A DNA stretch of 64,000 bases from Opitutales bacterium (lineage in GTDB: Bacteria; Verrucomicrobiota; Verrucomicrobiia; Opitutales; PNEW01). Shown here in pieces: positions 29,667 through 39,707 of the stretch. The stretch spans positions 64,001-128,000 of the forward strand of contig CBDANS010000005.1 of the NCBI GenBank assembly GCA_965197745.1, given 5' to 3'. The notes under the pieces are model-generated. The model was not told where the DNA came from. It saw only the letters and a list, made by a program, of their open reading frames with translations, and did no database searches. The first letter of the stretch is position 1. Each line of letters starts with the position of its first letter. A program made the translations under genes and the position numbers.

Positions 29667-29734
29667 AAAATAAAATCGAGAACGAAAAAGATTATTCATT
29701 TGACATGGTAGAACGATCGGATTGCCAAAAGGCT

Positions 29735-29835
29735 ATGGCCAAAAAGCCCAATGTTCTCCTCATTCGCATGGTGATTCATATGTCGGCAAGGTGCAGGATA
29801 CGGCCAGTTACAGAAATTTACGCGACAGGGGATAA
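29735..29835 (+). pseudogene. Chimeric remnant: first codons of the sulfatase (MAKKPNVLLI) fused to the 3' end of the NHL gene (SHGDSYVGKVQ...GQLQKF)
   Basis: 29735-29765 aligns to 31287-31317; 29766-29835 aligns to 28322-28391. Confidence 0.85.
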
Positions 29836-29982
29836 AGCGATTAAGAGGTAAAGCGAATATGATAAGAGAATTTTGATTCCTGCATCGTGTTTTATTGCGC
29901 CTTTCGCATTCCGTACCTGGGGCGTAGATTTACATCCCCTAAATCAGCAATCGGCAATCGAAGATAGTATCATCCTATCCAT

Positions 29983-30909
29983 TTATGTCTGACCCGTCCA
30001 AGAGCCGACCGGGTCGGCATTCTTAAAAGTATCGCGAATTTTAATTACGACATCATCGGGAAGAGGGCCTTTTTCAGCTGCCTGGATGTTCGACTGGGTG
30101 TTATGAGGGTTCGTTGTCCCGATAATGGCAACGTGAACACCCGGTTGGCTGATTGTAAAACGCAGAGCAATTTCCGGCCAGATTATTTCCGGGGCTCCCT
30201 CGAAACCAAGATCGGCTGGATTAAGTTTCATTTTTTGCAAGCGCTCGGTGTAGGTTTTTGCATAGTTCTTATACATTCCCTGTTGGTCGTTCAAATTTTT
30301 CCAGGCTGCATTTGCAATCGGGCGTTTTACCATCACTCCTTTATTATTTTCTCTCGCTTTAGGTAATAGACCATCAATATTGACTTGGTCAGCGATGTTG
30401 ATGGAGGTTTGAATGACCGCTATGTCTTCAAGTGTGGCCGCATGGGCAACCGCTTCATTGTCCCCGGAATAACCCGGGAAACGGATCTTGCCTTCATCAC
30501 GAGCTTTGACCAGCGCAGCCAGGGCGTCCCCTTTCTTTAATGTCTCCAAATCACAACTGTGAAGGAGCATGACATCCAGTTGATCCGTTTTCAGCCTTAG
30601 CAAAGAGCGGTCTATGGTTTTGGTGATCAACGCAGGGGACCAGGCGGGATCATCAGATTCAGGTATCTGACCTCCGCATTTACTGACGAGAATAAATTCA
30701 TCACGGCGTTTACTAATGGTATTACCGATCATTTCTTCAGAACCAGCGTAAACAGCTGCGGTGTCGATAAGGTTGACCCCTGAATCGAGGAGGAGATTAA
30801 GAATTTCAGATGATCGCTCCTTATCCGTGTCGAGAAAGCCAATGGGCGCGCCCCCAAAACCCAGTGGGGTGACTTCTAACCCGGTATTTCCAAATTTTCG
30901 TTTTTGCAT
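29983..30909 (-). CDS. Aldo/keto reductase, copy 2
   Basis: Same length (308 aa) and highly similar to 28460..29386. Confidence 0.93.
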   Translation of the reverse strand: MQKRKFGNTGLEVTPLGFGGAPIGFLDTDKERSSEILNLLLDSGVNLIDTAAVYAGSEEMIGNTISKRRDEFILVSKCGGQIPESDDPAWSPALITKTIDRSLLRLKTDQLDVMLLHSCDLETLKKGDALAALVKARDEGKIRFPGYSGDNEAVAHAATLEDIAVIQTSINIADQVNIDGLLPKARENNKGVMVKRPIANAAWKNLNDQQGMYKNYAKTYTERLQKMKLNPADLGFEGAPEIIWPEIALRFTISQPGVHVAIIGTTNPHNTQSNIQAAEKGPLPDDVVIKIRDTFKNADPVGSWTGQT

Positions 30910-31090
30910 GGCAGGGTTAAATTGATCCTGATGTGTTTATCTATTACTCAGGATTTAATCTGATAATTTTCCAGTTCATCTTCAATATTTTTATCTTAAT
31001 ATTCTAATTTAAATGGAATTTGGAACTCAAGAAATCAAGAAAAGAAGGAATTGCTATCCCTATTATATTTTAAATTCGGGAATCTTCCAA

Positions 31091-31224
31091 TTGTCATTGC
31101 GAGGAAGGCTATCAGAGCCGACCGTGGCTACCGAGCGCAGCGACACCATCCACTCCAGGGGAATGCCGGTCACGTATTGACATCTCCCTAGATTGCTTCG
31201 TCGCGTTACTTCTCGCAATGACAA
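31091..31224. repeat. TTGTCATTGCGAG...CTCGCAATGACAA palindromic repeat element
   Basis: Perfect 13-bp terminal inverted repeat; internal GATTGCTTCGTCGC. Confidence 0.82.
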
Positions 31225-31286
31225 ATAAAAAAGTCGAGAACGATTATTCAATTGACATGGTAGAACGATCGGATTGCAAACAGGTT

Positions 31287-32726
31287 ATGGCCAAAAAGCC
31301 TAATGTTCTCCTTATATGCACGGATCACTGGAGTGGGCTGCTCACACCGCAAGCAGGGCATCCGGTGGTAATTGCCCCGACTTTAAAACAGATGGGAGAC
31401 AATGGGGTGACCTTTACTAATGCCTATTCAGCATGCCCATCGTGCATACCGGCCCGGCGCTCGTTAATGACCGGGATGACCGCGCGTTCACACGGCGACA
31501 GGATCTTTAATGAGGAAAATCCAATGCCGGAGGCCACTACGATGGCCCAGTGTTTCAGGGATGGAGGTTATCAGGCTTATTGTGTGGGAAAGTTGCATGT
31601 ATATCCTCAACGCAACCGGATCGGATTTGATGAGGTGCTGTTAGAAGAACAGGGACGACATCAATTTGGGATTAAAGCCGATGATTATGAACGGTTCCTC
31701 GCGAATCAAGGATACGCGGGGATGGAATACGCGGGGGGGATGGCACACAATGACTGGATATCACGTCCCTGGCATCTTCCCGAATACTGTCATCCGATCA
31801 ACTGGGCGGTGCGTGAGATGTCGCGTGTCATATCACGACGCGACCCACTAAAACCCGGGTTTTGGTATCTTTCCTTTTCCGCGCCGCATCCACCACTTAC
31901 CCCATTACAAGCATATCTGGATCTTTATCGGGATGTAGAAATCGACAAGCCGACTACAGGAGATTGGTCGCGCGATGTGGAACACCTACCCAATTCGTTA
32001 AGATCTCGAAACTTGGGTGCACTAGTCGGCGCGTCCTGGCAGGAGCAGGTTCTTGCACGGCGCGCATTTTACGCAACACTCACTCACATCGATCATCAAA
32101 TAAGGTTATTAATCGGTATCTTACGGGAAGAGGGTATTCTGGACGACACAATAATTGTTTTTACCAGTGATCATGGACACATGAATGGTGAGCATGGGCT
32201 ATGGACCATGACACCCTTTAACGAAATGTCATCTAAAATTCCGCTCATCATTATTCCGTCTACGGGGGATGACCGTTTTCCAGTCGGATCTGAAGATGAT
32301 AGAATCGCAGAGTTTGGCGATATTATGCCGACCTTACTCGAGATGTGTGGACTTCCCATACCTGAAACCGTCGAAAGTAAATCTCTCTGGAGTAATCAAC
32401 GGCGCGACTATCTTTACGGCGAGCATTTCGAGGGAGAATATGCAGCGCGTATGATTCGCGCGGGAAATTTTAAGCTCATTTATTATGCAACGGGAAATAT
32501 TGCACAGCTTTTTGACATCGAAAATGATCCCCGGGAAACGACAGATTTATCTAAAGATACGCAGTATGCTGAAACGTTAGCAGATCTCAAGGGATTATTA
32601 ATTCCTAATTTATACGGAGGTGACGAAGACTGGGTTCAGAACGGGGTTCTGGTCGGCTCACCGGATAAAGATTTTATCGCACCGGATAACCGTGGGATGC
32701 TAGGTCAAAGAGGTCTGCGGTTTTAA
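31287..32726 (+). CDS. Cys-type formylglycine-dependent sulfatase (choline-sulfatase-like, no signal peptide)
   Basis: KKPNVLLICTD, CIPARRSLMTG (CxPxR), GKLH, PHPP, SDHG; the ORF-track start at 31218 lies within the repeat, so 31287 is preferred. Confidence 0.92.
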   Translation: MAKKPNVLLICTDHWSGLLTPQAGHPVVIAPTLKQMGDNGVTFTNAYSACPSCIPARRSLMTGMTARSHGDRIFNEENPMPEATTMAQCFRDGGYQAYCVGKLHVYPQRNRIGFDEVLLEEQGRHQFGIKADDYERFLANQGYAGMEYAGGMAHNDWISRPWHLPEYCHPINWAVREMSRVISRRDPLKPGFWYLSFSAPHPPLTPLQAYLDLYRDVEIDKPTTGDWSRDVEHLPNSLRSRNLGALVGASWQEQVLARRAFYATLTHIDHQIRLLIGILREEGILDDTIIVFTSDHGHMNGEHGLWTMTPFNEMSSKIPLIIIPSTGDDRFPVGSEDDRIAEFGDIMPTLLEMCGLPIPETVESKSLWSNQRRDYLYGEHFEGEYAARMIRAGNFKLIYYATGNIAQLFDIENDPRETTDLSKDTQYAETLADLKGLLIPNLYGGDEDWVQNGVLVGSPDKDFIAPDNRGMLGQRGLRF

Positions 32727-32790
32727 AGAAGTGAACAGTATGAAATGATAATAATATTGTCCTATAGATTGAATATCCTAAAAGGAAGCA

Positions 32791-34179
32791 ATGAGTGAAA
32801 AGAATCCTCATCTCGAAATAGACCGTCAGATAACTGGTGACATATACACTTCAACGGAGGTGATGGATAACCTGACCGTATTGTGTGACGATTTCGGGGC
32901 ACGTTTTTCGGGAACACCCGAAGAACGCCAAGCTGCGGAATTTATAGCAGAGACTTTTGACCGTTATGGTCTTAAAGATGCGCATTTAGAGTCTTATCCT
33001 TACGCCGGGTGGACGCGAGGTGAAGCGACATTGGAAATACTGAAACCCATACAAAAAAAGATCCCCTGCATATCATTGCCCTATTGCCCAGCGAAGGAAG
33101 TGCGGGGAGAATTAGTCTCTGTCGGATGTGGCACACCAACGGATTTTGAGTGTATAGGTAAGGGAATTGAAAGCCGCATCGTTCTCGCCAGTAGTGCTTC
33201 TCCGCGAGATCTTGGAAGATGGGTGCATCGCCAGGAAAAATATGAGCGCTGTGTGATTGGAAACGCCAGTGTCTTTATCTTTATCAGCGAGTTGCCGGGG
33301 GTAGGTCCAGAAACAGGCAGCTTACAGGACGATAAGCCCGCTCCAATACCCGGCATATCAGTTTGCAAAGAAGATGGAGAATACCTCACAAGATTAATGG
33401 AGAGGAAAGGAAGTGTTGAGCTTCTGGTCCGTACCACGGACCTTAATAACCCGATGACTTCACAGAACGCTATAGCCGATTTACCCTGTAATGACAGTTC
33501 TGAGGAAATGGTCATCCTCGGATGTCATTTTGACGGTCATGATATTTCTCAGGGTGCATTTGACCCGGCTTCGGGTATGGTTATGGTCATGGAAGCAGCA
33601 CGAACGCTTTCCTCTTACGCCAGCGGAAAACTTAAACGTACCGTTAGATTTATTGGGTTCAGCACAGAAGAGGTTGGTCTCATCGGCTCTTATCGCTATG
33701 TTGAATCCCATCGGGAGGGGCTCGATAAAATCAGATTTTATTTCAATTTGGATGCTGCCGGCGGACCTGGCCGCAAAGGAGTGGTTCTTCATAACTGGTC
33801 TGAGTTGGAACCATTTTTCCGTCAGGCAGGAGATGAAATGGCCGTTGATTTACCTGTGGGACAACATGTAAACTCGTACTCAGATCACTTTCCTTTTTTC
33901 AAAGAAGGCATTCCAACAGGAAATTTAGGAGATCCTGAAGGAGGGCCAAGTGGGAGAGGATTTGGGCATACTCGATATGATACCATTGACAAAATCGATC
34001 TTATCAATTTACGGGCTGGAAGCAGTGTAGCGGCGCGAATTGCACTACGCGTTGCCAATGCAGATATATTTCCTGCTACGCGGCGCGACAAAAAAGCGGT
34101 TCAGGAGGTCATCGAAAACGAACCCAATTTAGAAGGCTACAGAGTTAAATTAGAGTTGATGAAGAATTCCACGGGGTGA
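32791..34179 (+). CDS. M28 family metallopeptidase with PA domain
   Basis: R.SGT.EE, GCHFDGHD, DPASG, EEVGLIGS, NLD, SDH.PF, HTRYDT. Confidence 0.88.
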   Translation: MSEKNPHLEIDRQITGDIYTSTEVMDNLTVLCDDFGARFSGTPEERQAAEFIAETFDRYGLKDAHLESYPYAGWTRGEATLEILKPIQKKIPCISLPYCPAKEVRGELVSVGCGTPTDFECIGKGIESRIVLASSASPRDLGRWVHRQEKYERCVIGNASVFIFISELPGVGPETGSLQDDKPAPIPGISVCKEDGEYLTRLMERKGSVELLVRTTDLNNPMTSQNAIADLPCNDSSEEMVILGCHFDGHDISQGAFDPASGMVMVMEAARTLSSYASGKLKRTVRFIGFSTEEVGLIGSYRYVESHREGLDKIRFYFNLDAAGGPGRKGVVLHNWSELEPFFRQAGDEMAVDLPVGQHVNSYSDHFPFFKEGIPTGNLGDPEGGPSGRGFGHTRYDTIDKIDLINLRAGSSVAARIALRVANADIFPATRRDKKAVQEVIENEPNLEGYRVKLELMKNSTG

Positions 34180-34387
34180 ATAATAAAAGCTCTGCTCGAG
34201 TTAGAATTGAGATAAGAATCAATTATTTCTCAGCTTTTCTCTTTGTTATCAAACACCAGGCCATTTTGACATCCCCAGGTGGTATATAGCAGTAAGACCT
34301 GTTTATATTTCCGGTAGCGATCTTTTGGATAGGAAATGATTCAAGCGTGGTAATGACGGTATTCGTCCACCTTAAAGCAGCAGCGAT

Positions 34388-34461
34388 TGGCTGCCCGGCA
34401 AGGGTTCGAACCTCGACTACCTGGACCAAAACCAGATGTGCTACCATTACACCACCGGGCA
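34388..34461 (-). tRNA. tRNA-Gln (anticodon TTG), CCA encoded
   Basis: TGCCCGGTGGTGTAATGGTAGCACATCTGGTTTTGGTCCAGGTAGTCGAGGTTCGAACCCTTGCCGGGCAGCCA folds into a cloverleaf. Confidence 0.96.
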
Positions 34462-34596
34462 ATTCAATGCAGGTATATAAAGGTGTGGCGATATCCGTCA
34501 AGACCCTGGCATATATTTCTTTAATTCCACCTGAGCACATTAATTGCCAAGCGTGGGATTGACCTTCATCTAAAATTCAGGCTAGATACGGTTTTT

Positions 34597-35334
34597 ATGC
34601 GAAAGAAGACCAGCGCGAAACCTAATCCGAAATTTAAACGCATTATAATTAAACTAGGCGGTGAAGGGCTGCGCAATCCTGTCACCGGTGATGTTATTGA
34701 TGAGCAGGTACTGAAAAAAATCAGTACGGAATTAAGAGAAGTGCATGATATGGGTGTGCAAATTGGGCTCGTCGTAGGCGGTGGTAACATCTTTCGAGGC
34801 CTTTCAGGCGAAGAACGCGGTGTCGACCGGACAACCGGGGATTTCATGGGCATGCTCTCAACGATTGTCAACGGTTTGGCCTTTATGGATTACCTGGAAA
34901 AGTTAGGGGTTCCCGTTCGTGTGCAAAGTGCCCTGCCCATGCCCGAAGTTGCTGAACCCTTTATCCTGAGAAGAGCGATAAGACATCTTGAAAAAGGGCG
35001 CCTGGTTATTTTTGTCGCGGGGACTGGTAACCCATATTTTTCTACAGATACAGCGGCGGCATTGCGCGCCAGTGAAATTGGAGCAGACGTCATTATGAAA
35101 GCGACTAAAGTTGACGGCATCTATAATAAAGACCCGGTGAAAAATGCGGATGCAAAGAAATATGATCAAATTTCCTTCATTGAAGCGCTGAAGCAACGGT
35201 TGGATGTTATGGACTCTACAGCATTTTCTCTTTGCCTCGACAATAAGATGCCAATTCTTATATTCAATATGAGTAAATCCGGAAGTATTAAAAAGGCGGT
35301 CTTGGGAAAAAAGATAGGATCGCTCGTTAAGTAA
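34597..35334 (+). CDS. pyrH: UMP kinase
   Basis: [31 protein letters not shown]; upstream of frr. Confidence 0.97.
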   Translation: MRKKTSAKPNPKFKRIIIKLGGEGLRNPVTGDVIDEQVLKKISTELREVHDMGVQIGLVVGGGNIFRGLSGEERGVDRTTGDFMGMLSTIVNGLAFMDYLEKLGVPVRVQSALPMPEVAEPFILRRAIRHLEKGRLVIFVAGTGNPYFSTDTAAALRASEIGADVIMKATKVDGIYNKDPVKNADAKKYDQISFIEALKQRLDVMDSTAFSLCLDNKMPILIFNMSKSGSIKKAVLGKKIGSLVK

Positions 35335-35354
35335 CCAGAATTTATTTATTAGAT

Positions 35355-35915
35355 ATGAGCATTGAAACTGTTATCGCACATGCGCGTGAACTGATGGGGA
35401 AATCGGTCGAACACACCTTAGGTGAATTTAACAAGCTGCACACAGGGAAGGCCTCTCCTAGTGTTGTAGAACATTTGCAGGTGGAAGCTTATGGGTCTAA
35501 TGTTCAATTGCGGGAAGTGGCGGCGATCACGACTCCCGACGCGCGTACTGTTCAAATACAACCCTGGGATAAATCGATTGTTAACGATGTCGTAAAATCC
35601 ATCCAAAAGGCGAATCTGGGTTTTAATCCCGTTGTCACCAGCAACCTTATCCGGATACCTATACCCGAGTTGAGCCGCGAGCGTCGCCAGGAACTTTCCA
35701 AGGTCGCCCATACCATGGCCGAGGAAGGGCGAGTCAGTGTGCGCCACGCACGCCATGAAGCACTTGACGAAGCAAAAAAGATGAAAAAGGGAGGAGAAAT
35801 ATCCGAGGATGAATTGAAACGATTGGAAAAAGAAATCCAGAATGTGACCGATAAACAGGTTGCTGAAATCGATCAGCATCTCGCGCATAAGGAAAAAGAA
35901 TTAATGTCCCTATGA
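35355..35915 (+). CDS. frr: Ribosome recycling factor
   Basis: LHTGKASP, IQPWDK, PELSRERRQEL, KEKELM. Confidence 0.97.
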   Translation: MSIETVIAHARELMGKSVEHTLGEFNKLHTGKASPSVVEHLQVEAYGSNVQLREVAAITTPDARTVQIQPWDKSIVNDVVKSIQKANLGFNPVVTSNLIRIPIPELSRERRQELSKVAHTMAEEGRVSVRHARHEALDEAKKMKKGGEISEDELKRLEKEIQNVTDKQVAEIDQHLAHKEKELMSL

Positions 35916-35995
35916 ATTGATGGAATATAGGTATTTGGTGTTTTTGGTTGGGTTCATGCCGTTATTCTATCACCAGTAACTATTCGCCCCTTTAT

Positions 35996-37108
35996 ATGCA
36001 GTTTCTTCTGCAAAATGCCCAGCGTGTTGTTGTCAAACTCGGCACACGTATGCTCACTTCTGGTATCGGCAAACTGAATGTCGATCGTATACGTGCGCTG
36101 AGCGCGCAAATAGCGCTTTTACGAAAAAAAGGGGTGGATGTAATAATTGTCAGCTCGGGGGCAATCGCCTTGGGGATGGGAAAACTAAAATTTAAAAAAC
36201 GCCCCACGAATCTTGCCACGCTTCAAGCTTGTGCGGCTATCGGGCAGTCCATTCTTATTGAAACCTGGCAGTCCGGATTCGACCCCCATAATGTAACGGC
36301 GGCACAACTACTATTAACACGGGAAGACGTACGTGAACGCAATCGACATTTAGCGGTTAAAAACAGTTTTGATAAGCTTCTTTCTCTCGATGTCGTTCCC
36401 ATCGTAAACGAAAATGATTCGGTCAGTACTGAAGAACTTAAGTTTGGCGATAATGATGTGCTCTCTGCTTTAGTTGCAAGTTTAGTTAAAGCGGACATCT
36501 TAGTTATTCTCGGTCTTGCCCCCGGTCTCATCGACCACAAGGGATCGGGTGCCGTTGTGCCTGTAGTCAATAAGATAGACGCAGATATTAAAGAAATGGC
36601 CGGAGACACAAAAAGTGAAACCTCCATAGGGGGCATGCGCAGCAAGGTAGAGGCTGCGAAAATAGCGAGTCAATCAGGATGTGGCGTTTACATAGGCAGT
36701 GGACGTAACCCCAATGTATTTGCCGAACTTTTACAGGGGAAAGCTACGGGGACTTTTTTTGTGCCGAGTAAAATTCCCCTGGCTTCAAAAAAACGATGGA
36801 TTGCTTTTTTTGAACACCCTCTAGGTGTAGTCACAATTGACACGGGTGCCAGCGATGCCCTGTGCAATGATGGCCGCAGTCTGCTTGCCAAAGGGGTGAA
36901 AGGGTCCAGTGGCAAGTTTTCAGCTGGTGATATCATTACTATTGAAAACCTGCAGGGGACCGCTATTGCTCACGGAGTATCCCAATTCAGCAGTGAAGAG
37001 ATAGCCCGCATTTCAGGCAAAGATACGAAGGAGATAAAGCAGCTTTATCCTAATCGTAAGCGCTTTGAAATTGTGCACCGCGACAGCCTGGTCATTCTTG
37101 CGGATTAG
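35996..37108 (+). CDS. proB: Glutamate 5-kinase with PUA domain
   Basis: VVKLGT, VSSGAI, PIVNENDSV, FGDND, GGM.SK, VHRD; ATG 35996 preferred over TTG 35948. Confidence 0.96.
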   Translation: MQFLLQNAQRVVVKLGTRMLTSGIGKLNVDRIRALSAQIALLRKKGVDVIIVSSGAIALGMGKLKFKKRPTNLATLQACAAIGQSILIETWQSGFDPHNVTAAQLLLTREDVRERNRHLAVKNSFDKLLSLDVVPIVNENDSVSTEELKFGDNDVLSALVASLVKADILVILGLAPGLIDHKGSGAVVPVVNKIDADIKEMAGDTKSETSIGGMRSKVEAAKIASQSGCGVYIGSGRNPNVFAELLQGKATGTFFVPSKIPLASKKRWIAFFEHPLGVVTIDTGASDALCNDGRSLLAKGVKGSSGKFSAGDIITIENLQGTAIAHGVSQFSSEEIARISGKDTKEIKQLYPNRKRFEIVHRDSLVILAD

Positions 37109-37197
37109 GAGGTCGCTTTTAAAAAGCGGCAATGTGAAGTTAATTCATAATTATATATTGCATTCGGCGCGGTCCTTGCGAATTTATTGAGCTATAT

Positions 37198-39201
37198 ATG
37201 GAATTAAAAGGTTCAAGTAATGAGCGCCTTACGGATTTTTCACCGATTGATTTTCGATCTGAACTAAACGAGGACCAGTACGCAGCCGTGACAGCCGAAC
37301 CGGGCCCGGCTTTGGTCTTGGCCGGTGCCGGTTCCGGGAAGACTCGAACCCTTACCTATCGTGTTGCCTGGCTTCTTTCCCAAGGCGTGGGTCCCGGTGA
37401 AATTCTTCTACTCACATTCACGAATAAGGCTGCTCGTGAAATGCTTGGCCGCGTGGAAAATTTAACCGGTGTAGCGATGCATAAATTCTGGGGGGGCACT
37501 TTTCACCATATCGGACAAAGGACTCTCCGAATTCACGGCAAGGCAATTGGACTGGAACGCAATTTCAGCATTCTCGATCAGAGTGACTCCGAGTCCCTCC
37601 TGGGGGATACGATCCGAGAAGAGGATAAAGATTTTTTCAGAAATAAGGATCATCCCAAAGCGAAGGTAATCGCACATATTATCAGCTTAGCGCGAAACAC
37701 TTTACTTTCAATTGATACTGTTATCGAAGAACGCTATTCCTATTTCGAGCATCTCGCTGACGCTATTAATCGATTTTACACATTATACCAGGACCGTAAA
37801 TTAAAGCAACAGGTAGTCGATTTCGACGATCTACTCGAATGCTGGCTCAAGCTATTGCGACAGGAGAAACATGTGGCTGAGTCGTATCAGGGTCGCTTCA
37901 AAAATATACTTGTAGATGAGTACCAGGATACCAATAAAATTCAGTCCGAGATCATTGATATCCTGGGTTCCCATCACCGGATTATGGCAGTGGGAGATGA
38001 TGCTCAGTGTATCTATACCTGGCGGGGAGCAAATTTTGAAAACATCATGACATTTGCTGAGCGTCATCCCGGTACGGTTATACATAAAATCGAAATTAAC
38101 TACCGCAGCACTCCGGAAATTCTCAAACTGGCTAATGGTGTTCTCTCCGCGCAACCGGTTGGAACAGGCTATCACAAAGAACTCCGCGCCGTGCGCTCTT
38201 CACGTCTCATCCCTTTTGTCGTACCGGTCATGGATGGAAGGGAGCAGGCGCAATTTATTATGAAGCGTATGGAAGGTCTGCTCGATCAGGGCTACCAGCT
38301 GTCTGACATGGCCGTGCTCTACCGCGCTCATTATCATGCTGTTGACATGCAAATAGAACTCTCAAAAGCAAGCGTGCCCTTTGTCATAACAAGCGGGGTA
38401 CGATTCTTTGAACAGGCTCACATTAAAGATTTAGTGTCGCAACTGGAGTTTGTCTATAACCCGCAGGATTTTTCAGCGTTTAAGCGTTTTACATGCCTCT
38501 TGCCAAAAATAGGTGAGAAAACGGCAGGGCGTCTGCATCGTCTCCTCTTAGCGCATGCGGCTGAGAAAAAGATCAACCCCATTGAAGCCTTAATACTTGA
38601 TGATTTCATAAAAAAAGTGCCGGTGGATGCAAGAGAAGAATGGGAAGACCTGGCGTTCACCTTAAAAGATGTGACCGAAGCGGCTAATGACAGACCGCCA
38701 AGGGAAATCGTTGAATTACTGATTGAAGGTTGGTATAGCAGTTACATCCGCAATCTCTATAGCAATTGGACCGATCGGGTTGATGATCTGCAAAGTTTAG
38801 CGGGATTTGCACAGCGCTTCGATGATATGACCGAGTTGCTCGCTCAGCTTGTCCTTCTCAACACTGAAATGAGTGATCGGGGTTTTGATAGTGATTTCGA
38901 AGCGCTCCGTCTCACTACCGTGCATCAGGCTAAAGGCCTGGAATTCCCAGTTGTATTTATTATTGGATTAGCCGAGGGTCTTTTCCCTAATAAACGAGCG
39001 CTTGAGGAAAATAATTTAGACGAAGAACGGCGGCTTTTTTATGTGAGCATTACACGAGCCAGAGATGAACTCTACCTTTCGTATCCTATGATAAATGAGC
39101 ATGGAGGGCCTTCCGTGCGGTTAAACCCAAGTCGTTTTATCGATGAACTGGAGCGAGAACATTACGAGATATTGCGCATGCATGATGCTAACGAGTGGTA
39201 G
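37198..39201 (+). CDS. UvrD/PcrA/Rep family ATP-dependent DNA helicase
   Basis: AGAGSGKT, TFTNKAA, VDEYQD, NYRS, TVHQAKGLEF, EERRLFYVSITRA. Confidence 0.95.
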   Translation: MELKGSSNERLTDFSPIDFRSELNEDQYAAVTAEPGPALVLAGAGSGKTRTLTYRVAWLLSQGVGPGEILLLTFTNKAAREMLGRVENLTGVAMHKFWGGTFHHIGQRTLRIHGKAIGLERNFSILDQSDSESLLGDTIREEDKDFFRNKDHPKAKVIAHIISLARNTLLSIDTVIEERYSYFEHLADAINRFYTLYQDRKLKQQVVDFDDLLECWLKLLRQEKHVAESYQGRFKNILVDEYQDTNKIQSEIIDILGSHHRIMAVGDDAQCIYTWRGANFENIMTFAERHPGTVIHKIEINYRSTPEILKLANGVLSAQPVGTGYHKELRAVRSSRLIPFVVPVMDGREQAQFIMKRMEGLLDQGYQLSDMAVLYRAHYHAVDMQIELSKASVPFVITSGVRFFEQAHIKDLVSQLEFVYNPQDFSAFKRFTCLLPKIGEKTAGRLHRLLLAHAAEKKINPIEALILDDFIKKVPVDAREEWEDLAFTLKDVTEAANDRPPREIVELLIEGWYSSYIRNLYSNWTDRVDDLQSLAGFAQRFDDMTELLAQLVLLNTEMSDRGFDSDFEALRLTTVHQAKGLEFPVVFIIGLAEGLFPNKRALEENNLDEERRLFYVSITRARDELYLSYPMINEHGGPSVRLNPSRFIDELEREHYEILRMHDANEW

Positions 39202-39239
39202 GGAACAATGTGGATATTGAATAAATTGCTACCCCTGAG

Positions 39240-39647
39240 CTATTTCCCGGTATCTGATATTCGATAAAGTGAAGACTTGAATTTATCCGGGTGGAGAGCG
39301 TCGATAGTAATAATTTTACAGTGGGAAAGTGAATCTAACAATCCGGGGGGCGTTTTTTGATCATAGCCAAGGGCAATTATATCCGGTTTTATTTCTGTCA
39401 CCACTCTTAAGAAATTCATCCCCGGGTATCCCAACCTGACATTATCAACAAAGCCAAGTTCTTCAATTTTTTCCATACGTTCATCTTCAGAGTGGATTGG
39501 ATATTTTCCTTTTATTTTTATCACGTTTTCATCGCGTGCTATAACAACATATAGCTCACTCCCCAAGGCCGCTGCTTTTTTGAGGAAATAAATATGACCG
39601 GGATGTAAAAAATCAAATGTCCCGCAGCACAAAACACGCGTTTTCAT
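39240..39647 (-). CDS. Cytidylyltransferase-fold nucleotidyltransferase resembling archaeal-type FAD synthase (RibL)
   Basis: GTFDFLHPGH (HxGH), VVIARD, KPDIIALGYDQ, KSS; 135 aa monofunctional. Confidence 0.75.
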   Translation of the reverse strand: MKTRVLCCGTFDFLHPGHIYFLKKAAALGSELYVVIARDENVIKIKGKYPIHSEDERMEKIEELGFVDNVRLGYPGMNFLRVVTEIKPDIIALGYDQKTPPGLLDSLSHCKIITIDALHPDKFKSSLYRISDTGK

Positions 39648-39707
39648 TTCATTATTGCTATATGAAGGATTATGACGATAGGCATTCAGTGTAGAATTTG
39701 GGAAATG

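Noticed and set aside
29528..29851. 107-aa ORF as a real gene
   Set aside because: It is composed of the palindromic repeat, the sulfatase start remnant and out-of-frame NHL sequence.
34223..34562. Two short ORFs
   Set aside because: They overlap the tRNA-Gln and have no protein motifs.
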